This document shows positions 1 through 10,704 of a stretch of 51,662 nt of DNA, piece after piece. The DNA is taken from IMG/VR virus record IMGVR_UViG_2526164599_000006; one strand, given 5' to 3'. The notes below the pieces were generated by a model. It searched no databases. It was not told the origin of the DNA and saw only the letters and a list, made by a program, of their open reading frames with translations. A program made the position numbers and the translations under genes. Positions within the stretch are counted from its first letter, which is position 1, and every line of letters starts with the position of its first letter. The DNA is from a virus. Its lineage: Duplodnaviria > Heunggongvirae > Uroviricota > Caudoviricetes.

Positions 1-1131
1 TCAAATGACCAGTTTTTTCCATTCCTTACCGCGTGCGTCGTTGTAAATATCGGTCATTTTTTGATTCGAATGGCCCAGCAAAATTTTGGTATCAACCCCC
101 TGCTCTCTGAACAATCGCTCTGATAAAGATCTCTGCTCATGGAAAGAGGGAGGGGTGCCATTAGCACGCCAGTTGTAATCCACAGAATCCCGGGCTTTTT
201 TAAATGCAACGGTTAATGTTGCTGGCTTAACCATCCCGCCGCGCTTAGCTGTCCCTTTCGCGTGATGGTGGTGCAATAGCCACGGACTAAGAACGCAATC
301 GCGGCAGGATGACACCACATCATCCAGGGTGAGATTTAATTTATCGCAACGCAGAGCCAGAGGGATGGCAATCCGGGTTCCTGTTTTTTGCTGTTCGACA
401 TGAAGATAACCATCCCGGATATCCGAAAATTGCATTTTGAAAATATCTGAAAGGCGCTGGCCTGTCATCAGTGCCAGCAGCATACCGCGCTGTAAAAAGT
501 AACCATCCTTTTCCGCTGCGTTATAAATCATCATCCACTCATCAAAAGTCAGTCGCTGTCTTGATATCCGCACCTGCGGTTTTTTTGCCGATTCTGCAGG
601 GTTAAAGCCTGGCGGGACATCGCCCGTTTGCTGAGCTTCCCGGAAAACATCGATCAGTACTTTCCTGAAAATTTGTCCCATTCTGTTATGTCCTCTGGCC
701 TTGTACTCTTCCAGTACTGATACCACATCTTTTACGGTTATGGCATCTAACGGTCTGGTGCCAAAACGTTCATCAAATACCCTGAGAGGGGCCGCTTTCT
801 GTTTCAGCGTGTTGAGTTTGATCTCGCCGTTTTCATATCTTTCCTGTTGAATTTTTCTGTAATTATTCAGAAAAATGGTAACGGTTGATGAACCGCCGGT
901 ATCACTAATAATTTTCTCCTGCAGACTGAGCATTTGTTCCATTTGCTGCCGGGCAAGACGGCTGTTCGCTTCTGCTGCAATAGTTTCTGCCAGTTTCTGG
1001 TCAATACTGCCGAGACCGTGATTTTTGCCTGTTATGGGATGCCTGTAACGCCAGTAAACTTTGTTATTTCTTTTGTCAAAATACGGAGATAATCCCGGAA
1101 CATCGGTTTTATATTTTCGCGGGCGCGCCAT
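1..1131 (-). CDS. int: phage integrase, tyrosine recombinase family
   Basis: 376-aa ORF; C-terminal region (HHHHAKGTAKRG...LLGHSNQKMTDIYNDARGK) has the layout of lambda-type integrase catalytic domain; sits at prophage end next to an excisionase-like gene. Confidence 0.9.
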   Translation of the reverse strand: MARPRKYKTDVPGLSPYFDKRNNKVYWRYRHPITGKNHGLGSIDQKLAETIAAEANSRLARQQMEQMLSLQEKIISDTGGSSTVTIFLNNYRKIQQERYENGEIKLNTLKQKAAPLRVFDERFGTRPLDAITVKDVVSVLEEYKARGHNRMGQIFRKVLIDVFREAQQTGDVPPGFNPAESAKKPQVRISRQRLTFDEWMMIYNAAEKDGYFLQRGMLLALMTGQRLSDIFKMQFSDIRDGYLHVEQQKTGTRIAIPLALRCDKLNLTLDDVVSSCRDCVLSPWLLHHHHAKGTAKRGGMVKPATLTVAFKKARDSVDYNWRANGTPPSFHEQRSLSERLFREQGVDTKILLGHSNQKMTDIYNDARGKEWKKLVI

Positions 1132-1357
1132 CTTCCAGTATCCTCTTCAAAGCAGGGTGATCTGTGGCGATCACCTCCGGCTTGTTTACCATTCCGACAA
1201 AGCGAGCTTGCGGATCCACTCGCCAGCGTCTTCCAACTTTTTTGGGGAGAGGAAATATCATTCCGGCTTTAGCGTATTTACTTAACGTACTCGGAGTAGG
1301 GACCGGTTCACTGAATTCCTCTTTTGCCCACTCAGTGAGCAGAATAAGTCTTGCCAT
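1109..1357 (-). CDS. xis: excisionase-like small DNA-binding protein
   Basis: 82-aa ORF overlapping int start; basic, winged-helix-like sequence (TLSKYAKAGMIFPLPKKVGRRWRV) typical of Xis/AlpA-type proteins. Confidence 0.7.
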   Translation of the reverse strand: MARLILLTEWAKEEFSEPVPTPSTLSKYAKAGMIFPLPKKVGRRWRVDPQARFVGMVNKPEVIATDHPALKRILEDGAPAKI

Positions 1358-1421
1358 GAGCGTCGTTCGCTAATCATGGTCGCCGCCACTATAGCTGGTG
1401 GGCAACGACCGGGGTTGAACA

Positions 1422-3893
1422 TTAAAAATCAGCCTGATTCGGGATCAGTTTTTGCCAGATAGCTGAAACGTATTTTGCCTGGTAACGGGCATCATCCAGC
1501 GCATTGTGGCGCTCACCTTCGAATGGGATAGCAGTTCTGGCATCGAAGTCTACGGCTTTCCCCAGCTCAACGATTGTGCGTACATCGCGATCGTTGCAGT
1601 AGCGCCACGGGCAGGGGATACCCTGTCGTTCGTATGAACGGCGCAAAATCGTGTTGTCGAAGTTGGCCCCATTACCCCAGACCTGAACAAAAAACTCACC
1701 GGAGTTTTCGTCGATAAATTCCCGCAATTGCAGTAGTGCATCATCTAACGGGATTTCATCGGTCATAATGGCAGACTGCGCTTCACGTGATTGCTTCAGC
1801 CACCATTTAATGACGTCACGATCAATGACTCCGCCAGCAGTATCCAGATCGATGGTCTTGCTAAATTCTGGTCCCATATCTCCGGTTTGCGGATCGAAAA
1901 ATATTGCGCCTATTGAGATAATCGGGGCATCGGGATTTTTTCCCATGGTTTCAAGGTCGATCATTAGATGGTCACACGTCCTGCTGGTGGATGTGATAAC
2001 GTGATGACCGTTCATCGTAATTAAGGGATCTGCCGTCTCGCCAGTTTCACTATCGCTGGCGTGATCCTGAGCGCTACCAGCATTCTCCTTGTGTGGATGT
2101 TCAGCGCCTTCCATTTCCTTCGGATCATTTTCCTGAACTTCAACCTGATTCTCTTCATCGAATGTTTCCTGGTATGTTGCGTCACCCATCACCGCGCCAC
2201 AATCAGGGCAGTTGCCGCCACCGCTTTGACCGCAGGCGGTGCAGACTTTTTCCGGTTCCTGTTGCGCTACTGGCTCAGGTTGTTTCGTTTCTGGCTCGTT
2301 TTGTTGCGTATTTGGGCTGTTTTGTTCCGCTTTCTGGTCGTTCTGTTCCGATTCTTGCTGGTTCTGGTTTACAGAATCGCGGGTTTCAATCCCCTTTACC
2401 CATTTCGGATCATTCGGGTCGCTAATCCCTGCAACAAATTCTCCGCGAGAGGCAGCAAGCAACTTATCGGCGTCAGGCTGGCTGATATTGGCTGCCTGCA
2501 TAATTTTGTTTACTTCGTCAGCGGTAACTTTTACCGGCTCTGGTTGTGCGGTCGTGTCAGATGCACCAGTATTTTGTTGTGAACCTGAGTACGTGCCGTT
2601 TTTACGTGCGAAGTATTCCTCTTTTGTGATTTCCGTAGCTCCCAAGGCTAGTGCTTTTTCCAGACCAGAAAGTTTGTTTGCGCGACCGTATTTTTCGCCA
2701 TCCTTGTCGGTGAAGAGGAAGTAGAACGGCCCCTCACGCTCTACAGATGGTTCGACTTCCACTTTGCATTCGGTTTTTTCGTTGCCCGGAATTGCCGTTT
2801 CCACTGCATCAGTTTCTGGTACTGGCGACGAGAGAGTATCAGTTGCGCTCTGATTTCTTCCTTCATCTTCAAACACGCCCTTTGTAGTCAGGTATTCAGT
2901 AATGTATTTGTTCAGTGCCACAGGGTCTTTGTGAATGTCGATCGGACGTTCACGGACAAGGCCAAAAATAGTCTGGCGGTCGTAGCGAAGGGCATCAGGC
3001 TGTTTGCGCATTGATGCCGAGATACGCTTCCAGTCTTCGCGGTCGTTGTCGATAACTTCATTTTTTGCCCAGCGATGGATGCTGCCGTCAATGTTTCCGG
3101 CATCCACATCACCAGGCCAGAGAGCGTAGGCCAGTTCGTCATCCAGTGTTTTCCATGTCTGCTTGTATTCGCGATGAATGGCAGCAATGACCGGGCTGAT
3201 TTTTCCTGTTGAATTTTCACTGTGCTGTTGATTGGTTCTGGCGCGGGCGAGATCAACAACAGACGTGTATTTTCCGGTTTCCTTGCGTTCACCTTCGCGA
3301 CGTTTTTTCCAGATGCGCATCTCTGCCTGAATTTCGGGCCATTTGGCACCAGGCTTACATTTATGCTTAACCCACCCGATGGCATGCAGCTTAAGCTCCG
3401 GATACATGGCGTTAACTTCTGGCATTTTCATCAACGCTTCAACGATATGTCCGTCGAATGTTGCCATGTCTTCCTGCAACAATTCCTGTGCGCTAATAAC
3501 CATATCAACGGTGATGTTTTCACATGTGTCGAACTTAACCATGACAGCGTTCTGTACTTCAGGGGCCAGCTTGTCAAAAGTGACGTTCATCGGATCGGAT
3601 TCAGTCTCAACCGGGACAAAGGAAGCAGACTCCTCATCCCAGCGGTTTTCCTGCATATATTCAGCATCCCAGGAATCGAGGGCAGGGCGGGGTATACCGG
3701 GTTTATCCTCGCAGACAAGAAATTTATAAGCGCAGTCCTGAGCAGCCGGATAATGCTCCAGGAATTGCCAGTGAAATTTTGCGCGGGCGCGACGTTCATC
3801 ACCGGCTTCAATGGCAGTGGCTACAGCGACGGCACCTTCTTCCTTTATTGCCTGTTCGTCCGGAATGGCGGCGCAAATAAAGACTTTACTCAT
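1422..3893 (-). CDS. putative exonuclease, C-terminal DEDD-type 3'-5' exonuclease domain (class often annotated exodeoxyribonuclease VIII in prophages)
   Basis: 823-aa ORF; C-terminus has DnaQ-like motifs (DLETMG..., FDNTILRR..., HNALDDARY); central low-complexity Q/E/N-rich linker and a CxxC...CxxC zinc-ribbon. Confidence 0.65.
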   Translation of the reverse strand: MSKVFICAAIPDEQAIKEEGAVAVATAIEAGDERRARAKFHWQFLEHYPAAQDCAYKFLVCEDKPGIPRPALDSWDAEYMQENRWDEESASFVPVETESDPMNVTFDKLAPEVQNAVMVKFDTCENITVDMVISAQELLQEDMATFDGHIVEALMKMPEVNAMYPELKLHAIGWVKHKCKPGAKWPEIQAEMRIWKKRREGERKETGKYTSVVDLARARTNQQHSENSTGKISPVIAAIHREYKQTWKTLDDELAYALWPGDVDAGNIDGSIHRWAKNEVIDNDREDWKRISASMRKQPDALRYDRQTIFGLVRERPIDIHKDPVALNKYITEYLTTKGVFEDEGRNQSATDTLSSPVPETDAVETAIPGNEKTECKVEVEPSVEREGPFYFLFTDKDGEKYGRANKLSGLEKALALGATEITKEEYFARKNGTYSGSQQNTGASDTTAQPEPVKVTADEVNKIMQAANISQPDADKLLAASRGEFVAGISDPNDPKWVKGIETRDSVNQNQQESEQNDQKAEQNSPNTQQNEPETKQPEPVAQQEPEKVCTACGQSGGGNCPDCGAVMGDATYQETFDEENQVEVQENDPKEMEGAEHPHKENAGSAQDHASDSETGETADPLITMNGHHVITSTSRTCDHLMIDLETMGKNPDAPIISIGAIFFDPQTGDMGPEFSKTIDLDTAGGVIDRDVIKWWLKQSREAQSAIMTDEIPLDDALLQLREFIDENSGEFFVQVWGNGANFDNTILRRSYERQGIPCPWRYCNDRDVRTIVELGKAVDFDARTAIPFEGERHNALDDARYQAKYVSAIWQKLIPNQADF

Positions 3894-3985
3894 TTTGTTT
3901 TACCTCATTACAGATTTAAGGGTGAACAAATCCCTGCCATTGCTGGCATATAAGAATGAAACCGGATATTTATTACGGAACTGTT

Positions 3986-4231
3986 TTAAAGACCTGCCGG
4001 GATTTCGTTATTATCCTGGTGAATAACTTTATCGACCGGGTAACAGTTACCGGGAATTTTCTGTTCGGTTGCTGCAGTCACACACTCCTGCATTGTCCTG
4101 TGAACACTGACTGCAATATCAACTGGCTCTCCGGAAACAAGAAAAACTGTCAGAACAAGTGCAAATGCTGTATTCATTGCCAGCATCCTTTTTGTATCGG
4201 ACGTAAACGGGCCAGCATTGAAAGAATGCAT
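3986..4231 (-). CDS. hypothetical small protein with N-terminal hydrophobic segment
   Basis: 81-aa ORF; possible internal start at Met16 (MLAMNTAFALVLTVFLVSG, start 4186); no recognisable family. Confidence 0.3.
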   Translation of the reverse strand: MHSFNAGPFTSDTKRMLAMNTAFALVLTVFLVSGEPVDIAVSVHRTMQECVTAATEQKIPGNCYPVDKVIHQDNNEIPAGL

Positions 4232-4467
4232 ATTTTATTTAATAGCTCCCGTTCGTGTTTTCTCTTGTTAATGGCATCTTCAGTAAATACAGGGTTACTG
4301 ATAGTGACACCAATTTCAAAACAACCTTCAGACGTATTAACGTTTGGTAATAACGTTTCCATTATCGCGTCCTCAACAATGAATTTTGTGATGCGGTGCC
4401 TGGTGCCTCCAGGTGACGTTAACCAGTTAACAATTAACGCCGGATACAGAGAATCCACCCATAACAC
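4174..4467 (-). CDS. hypothetical protein
   Basis: 97-aa ORF in early-left operon orientation; no recognisable family. Confidence 0.3.
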   Translation of the reverse strand: MLWVDSLYPALIVNWLTSPGGTRHRITKFIVEDAIMETLLPNVNTSEGCFEIGVTISNPVFTEDAINKRKHERELLNKICILSMLARLRPIQKGCWQ

Positions 4468-4892
4468 TGTTTTTGGTTTTAACTGTTCCGCGTGCGCTCA
4501 GCCGCATTCACCACATCACAAAATTCACTTTAAAAAGGGCGGCAGAGCAGTCACGGAGTAAAACTGATACCGCCAAACGTCACCAGAAAATTGATAACAG
4601 AGGGCGTTGCAGCGGGGTTGTCACTTAAGCGTATGGTCAACCTGACAACCCGGTGTCCTCAACGGGGGAAGGAATAACCCCGCCATACTTACCGCCGCGC
4701 CATTTCGCGGATTGCCACAACCGGAAGCGCACGGTCGACGAAAATTTAACGACAGGCTATCTATGAACCAGCTACCTCGCCGTGCGCTTTCGCGTTATGG
4801 TCTGACTTTTCAGGGAAATATCCTTTCAGTAAACTTGTCAACGCCAAGATTATTGGCCGTTTTTCGCCATTTTTAATGTCCGCTATTGGTCA

Positions 4893-6859
<1,967 letters not shown>

Positions 6860-7057
6860 GAGTGTTCCCTTTGTGGTGTAGGAACCTTAAGGAAACAACA
6901 TGTTGGGTGGAGCGGACAATCCAAATGGTGAATTACTGTCTTATATCATTGGCGCTGACAAACTGTCAGTGCCGGATTCTTATCCGTGTCCGGCGCACGA
7001 CCACACGCTGTCACGAGAGGTCTCCATTCTCAACCAGTAACCTCAATGGAGGATAAA

Positions 7058-7252
7058 ATGTCAGAGCAGGAGTTAAAACTTGGTGCATGTTATTGTGTTC
7101 TCAAGGAGCTGGTACACATGCTTCCATCTACTCAGTATCAACAGTTAGTTGGCAATTTAAATCAGCGAATCGAAGCTATGTTAAAATCTGATGGTTTTAA
7201 TAACGTAGAAACGCTGATGCTAAAAAGATATCTTGATGGATTAATCAGATAA
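7058..7252 (+). CDS. hypothetical small protein
   Basis: 64-aa ORF (MSEQELKLGACYCVLKEL...) with strong RBS GGAGG at 7048..7052; convergent with neighbouring minus-strand gene; adjacent to IS21 end. Confidence 0.4.
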   Translation: MSEQELKLGACYCVLKELVHMLPSTQYQQLVGNLNQRIEAMLKSDGFNNVETLMLKRYLDGLIR

Positions 7253-7591
7253 CATTTTTTTACGGCGTTCATATTCGTTAATATTTATGAAGCCTGTTGC
7301 CAGAAGCAGTTCGTTAATTTCATGGTTGTTTGGCTGTTTCTGGCTCTTTGAGCTGGGATCTTCCACTTCTTTTTCTGCAAATTGTTTTGCTGTATCCTCT
7401 GTGCCATGGATATTTAAAGCTGTATCTGAAAACAGCCCAGTAAACGCATCGCGCACATTACGAGCCATATTATCAGTGTCTTTTTTTGTTACCGATTCCA
7501 ATTCAAGTTCGTTCAGACGATGACGAAGTGTGTGTGCTGCAATCTCCTGGATTGAAGGAGGTAAATCTTTAAATTCCATCGTCAACCTCAT
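7241..7591 (-). CDS. hypothetical early-left protein
   Basis: 116-aa ORF; acidic, no recognisable family. Confidence 0.4.
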   Translation of the reverse strand: MRLTMEFKDLPPSIQEIAAHTLRHRLNELELESVTKKDTDNMARNVRDAFTGLFSDTALNIHGTEDTAKQFAEKEVEDPSSKSQKQPNNHEINELLLATGFININEYERRKKMLSD

Positions 7592-7830
7592 CAGTCAGTG
7601 TTTCTTGCTAACCAGCGATGCGCACCAGCTGCGGTTTTAAACGTTTTACTTTTGGTATACGTCATCGCGGTGAAGGTGCCGTCCTGGTTAGGGAACACAC
7701 CGCATACCAGAGATTCGTTGTTGCCAAGATTGAGCGTATCCATGTTGACCTCATTTCCCCTTAACGCCGGGGTAGCGGAACAAAAAACCTGCTGCGCTGT
7801 TATACAAAGTGTTCCCGCCGTCATGTTCAT
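7591..7830 (-). CDS. hypothetical small protein
   Basis: 79-aa ORF; likely real start at internal Met (MDTLNLGNNES..., about 7743); abuts the downstream gene. Confidence 0.35.
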   Translation of the reverse strand: MNMTAGTLCITAQQVFCSATPALRGNEVNMDTLNLGNNESLVCGVFPNQDGTFTAMTYTKSKTFKTAAGAHRWLARNTD

Positions 7831-7922
7831 ACGCCTCGGGCTGGCTACTTAACCCCTGACCACTGCCGGGTAACTCGAAGTATTTCCCTGCGTTCTGTGG
7901 GGCGGGGTGGGTTGGTATTTTT

Positions 7923-7950
7923 AGTTTAATAAACATTAAACTTAAGTCAA
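7923..7950 (-). promoter_or_regulatory. candidate leftward early promoter/operator (pL-like)
   Basis: Minus-strand TTGACT (7945..7950) and TAAACT (7923..7928) with 16-bp spacer; region is an imperfect inverted copy of the pR-like region at 8937..8966. Confidence 0.3.
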
Positions 7951-8034
7951 GTAAAAACTAAACCGCGGGGCATAACAAACACAACGCTTTTGATAAAGTC
8001 GTTGCGGTTGTTATGTTTCTATTGGTAGTGAAAG

Positions 8035-8313
8035 TTAGGGAAACTGGCGTCTTGCGTGGATCACGTTTACTACTTCAACGCTTGATGTTGTTACGCGGTA
8101 TAGAATTATATAGTTAGGGTGGGCTACAATCTCACGCAAGCCAGGTACTCTGTCGCTTGGTGGGTATAAATACGGATGTTCGGATAACGGCAGCACACAA
8201 CCCCTTAATCGCTGCCATAAGCGTTCAGCCGCATCTATGTCGAAACGAGCAATATAACTAGTTATATCATCTAGGTCGGTATCTGCGCTTTCAAGCCATA
8301 ACACGGGTAACAT
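8035..8313 (-). CDS. parE2: ParE-family toxin (ParE2-like)
   Basis: 92-aa product from internal Met of the 124-aa ORF (MLPVLWLESADTDLDD...HPNYIILYRV...); start overlaps stop of upstream antitoxin with 1-nt spacing. Confidence 0.8.
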   Translation of the reverse strand: MLPVLWLESADTDLDDITSYIARFDIDAAERLWQRLRGCVLPLSEHPYLYPPSDRVPGLREIVAHPNYIILYRVTTSSVEVVNVIHARRQFP

Positions 8314-8314
8314 T

Positions 8315-8506
8315 TTACTGCTTGCTCCGTTCCTTACGCATCTTAGCAAAGCGTTCTGCCATTCTGCGCTCAACTTCGTCATGGGGAATTGCTGGGCGCG
8401 GATCTGCAAGGCTCGTTGCTACTTTCGCACGCAGCCATTCGTTGTAACTGTTTTCTTGTTCAATGGTTTCAAATTCAGAAACCATTGGTGAAAGGGCTCT
8501 ATTCAT
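8315..8506 (-). CDS. paaA2: PaaA2-like antitoxin
   Basis: 63-aa product (MNRALSPMVSEFETIEQENSYNEWLRAK...) immediately upstream of parE-like gene; matches remembered PaaA2 of the E. coli O157:H7 paaR2-paaA2-parE2 system. Confidence 0.7.
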   Translation of the reverse strand: MNRALSPMVSEFETIEQENSYNEWLRAKVATSLADPRPAIPHDEVERRMAERFAKMRKERSKQ

Positions 8507-8526
8507 GTTTCCTCCGGTTTTATAAC

Positions 8527-8805
8527 TCAGGCGCGGCGGCATTTTTGCGCCGCAATCCATCTCGCTATGAGATCTTCCATTGATTCTTTTTTCTGCTTTA
8601 ACTCGCTGATTATCTGGCGTTGCTCATCCTCAGGGAAGGCTGAAAAAATCTGCAATAATTCCAGTTGATTAGACGTTAACCCTGCATGTGGTGGAGAAAC
8701 CCCCGGTTGTTCTGCGTATTCCGCATCCAGATACCCTTCCGGCATCCCGTATGTTTGCTCTATTCTTCTGGCAGCCTTTTCTCCAAACGAGGCTCTCCCA
8801 CTCAT
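8527..8805 (-). CDS. repressor-like regulator (PaaR2/CI-like), N-terminal HTH region apparently out of frame
   Basis: 92-aa ORF from ATG 8805; the same frame continues upstream without a start codon and encodes HTH-like residues (EIRRLRLKEWFKDKTLPPKEKSYLSQL); an ATG at 8897 is in another frame separated by an A7 tract (8887..8893). Confidence 0.5.
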   Translation of the reverse strand: MSGRASFGEKAARRIEQTYGMPEGYLDAEYAEQPGVSPPHAGLTSNQLELLQIFSAFPEDEQRQIISELKQKKESMEDLIARWIAAQKCRRA

Positions 8806-8936
8806 TAGTTGAGATAGGTAGCTCTTCTCTTTGGGTGGCAGAGTTTTATCTTTAAACCACTCCTTGAGACGTAAACGGCGAATTTCTTTTTTTGCATGTG
8901 GTAATTATCTTTAGTAATCACTAAACAAGCAAATAC

Positions 8937-8966
8937 TTGACTTAATGGTTTATTAAACACTAAACT
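8937..8966 (+). promoter_or_regulatory. candidate rightward early promoter/operator (pR-like)
   Basis: TTGACT (8937..8942) and TAAACT (8961..8966); three CACTAAAC repeats at 8919, 8958, 8977; RBS GAGGAAGG before ATG 8995. Confidence 0.35.
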
Positions 8967-8994
8967 CGCAAAAAAACACTAAACCGAGGAAGGT

Positions 8995-9297
8995 ATGACA
9001 TTAAAAGAGTTTATTAAATCATTAAGGGTTGGTGATGCTAAGAAATTCGCGGCCAGACTTGGTGTATCGCCATCTTACTTATCGCAAATGGCGTCTGGAC
9101 GAACAGCTATATCTCCAACCCGCGCCCTTATGATCGAATCTGCGACGGAAGGCCAAGTAAGTAGGGCGGAGCTACGACCCCATGATTGGGAGCTTATTTG
9201 GCCTGAGTATGCGAGCGGCATTCGTTTGGGGCAAACACATGTAGTTCATGCTGAAGGTGATTGTAGTACATGCTTATCTGATGGAGTTGATTCATGA
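8995..9297 (+). CDS. Cro/YdaS-like HTH regulator
   Basis: 100-aa ORF with XRE-type HTH (FAARLGVSPSYLSQMASGRTAIS); first gene of rightward operon, divergent from repressor-like gene. Confidence 0.7.
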   Translation: MTLKEFIKSLRVGDAKKFAARLGVSPSYLSQMASGRTAISPTRALMIESATEGQVSRAELRPHDWELIWPEYASGIRLGQTHVVHAEGDCSTCLSDGVDS

Positions 9298-9719
9298 AAA
9301 TCAAGCATGAACACATCCGCATGGCGATGAATGTCTGGGCGCATCCGGACGGCGAAAAAGTACCGGCTGCGAAAATTACCAAAGCGTATTTCGAGCTGGG
9401 AATGACGTTCCCGGAACTGTATGACGACAGCCATCCGGAAGCCCTGGCCCGTAATACCCAGAAAATTTTCCGTTGGCTGGATAAAGACACCCCTGATGCT
9501 GTTGAAAAAATGCAGGCTCTGTTACCGGCGATCGAAAAGGCGATGCCGCCTTTGCTGGTGGCCCGTATGCGCAGCCACAGTTCTGAATATTACCGTGAGA
9601 TCGTCGAACGGAGGGATCGGCTGGTGAAGGATGTCGATGATTTTGTTGCGTCAGCGGTTGTTTTGTATGACCAGATGAATCGCGGCGGCCCGGCAGGGAA
9701 TGCTGTGGTGATGCACTAA
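9294..9719 (+). CDS. YdaT-like protein (CII-position regulator)
   Basis: 141-aa ORF beginning MKIKHEHI, as remembered for Rac YdaT; overlaps stop of upstream gene. Confidence 0.6.
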   Translation: MKIKHEHIRMAMNVWAHPDGEKVPAAKITKAYFELGMTFPELYDDSHPEALARNTQKIFRWLDKDTPDAVEKMQALLPAIEKAMPPLLVARMRSHSSEYYREIVERRDRLVKDVDDFVASAVVLYDQMNRGGPAGNAVVMH

Positions 9720-9726
9720 AAGCACG

Positions 9727-10704
9727 GTGTTCGGGGGTTTTATGAGCAGCAAGCTTCATGGTCTTGTCTGGGAAGGGTGCGCCTTCACCGGCATGATCTT
9801 ATCCAGGGTGGCGGTTATGGCCCGTCTTGCAGACTACAGCAATGACGAGGGTGTGTCATGGCCTGCCATTGAAACTATCCGGCGTCAGATCGGTGCAAGA
9901 AGTGAATCCACAGTGAAATCGGCTATTGCAGAACTGGCGAAAGAGGGCTGGCTGACGAAGGAAGAGCGTAAGGTCGGTGGGCGTAATGTAAGCAATATCT
10001 ATCGGCTTAATGTGGAAAAACTCGAAGCAGCTGCGGCGGCGGCGCGTGAGTCATATAAACCGAAAAGAAAAATTAGCCCGGCAAAAAATGACCCGTTAAC
10101 AGTTGACCCGTCAAATATTGACCCCTCAACGGTTGACCCGTCAAATTTTGATGGATCAACTGTTGATAAAAAACTGCCGATTAGGGGGGCGATGATTGAC
10201 CCCGATCCGTCAGTATTAAAACCTGATCCGTCAGATAAAAGATCTTCTTGTCCGGACGCTTCGCAACCGGACCCGCAGACGGCTGAACAGGATTTTTTAA
10301 CCCGACACCCTGACGCGGTTGTGTTCAGTGCGAAAAAACGCCAGTGGGGAAGTCAGGAAGATTTGGTGTGCGCACAGTGGATCTGGGGACGAATCGTGAG
10401 TCTTTACGAGCAGGCGGCCAGCTATGATGGCGAGATCACTAGACCGAAAGAACCCAACTGGACAGCATGGGCCAATGACGTTCGCACAATGCGGATGCTG
10501 GATGGCAGAACTCACAGACAAATTTGTGAAATGTTTGGGCGTCTCCAGCGGGATTCGTTCTGGGTAAAAAACATCATGAGTCCGGCAAAACTCCGGGAAA
10601 AATGGGATGAACTGGTTATCCGCCTGGGGCGTTCGCCTGCGCAGCGTTGCGTGAATCACATTTCTGAACCGGACACTGAAATTCCGCCGGGCTTCAGGGG
10701 GTAA
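9727..10704 (+). CDS. putative replication initiation protein (O-like position), iterons embedded in coding sequence
   Basis: 325-aa ORF (track start GTG 9727; ATG at 9742 is an alternative); N-terminal winged-helix-like region, peptide repeats DPLTV/DPSNI/DPSTV/DPSNF encoded by 15-bp iterons. Confidence 0.65.
   Translation: MFGGFMSSKLHGLVWEGCAFTGMILSRVAVMARLADYSNDEGVSWPAIETIRRQIGARSESTVKSAIAELAKEGWLTKEERKVGGRNVSNIYRLNVEKLEAAAAAARESYKPKRKISPAKNDPLTVDPSNIDPSTVDPSNFDGSTVDKKLPIRGAMIDPDPSVLKPDPSDKRSSCPDASQPDPQTAEQDFLTRHPDAVVFSAKKRQWGSQEDLVCAQWIWGRIVSLYEQAASYDGEITRPKEPNWTAWANDVRTMRMLDGRTHRQICEMFGRLQRDSFWVKNIMSPAKLREKWDELVIRLGRSPAQRCVNHISEPDTEIPPGFRG
10089..10178. repeat. candidate replication origin iterons (six 15-bp-spaced TGACCCGTCAAnnnn-like repeats)
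   Basis: Direct repeats starting at 10089, 10104, 10119, 10134, 10149, 10164; followed by paired GATCCGTCAG motifs at 10204 and 10225. Confidence 0.5.

Noticed and set aside
2061-2724. Three plus-strand ORFs (110 to 173 aa) inside the exonuclease gene
   Set aside because: Antisense to the 823-aa gene, within its low-complexity linker; no RBS.
1422-3893. Calling the 823-aa protein RecE proper
   Set aside because: The C-terminal domain reads as a DEDD 3'-5' exonuclease rather than a RecE-type nuclease, and no recT-like gene follows; only the looser label is supported.
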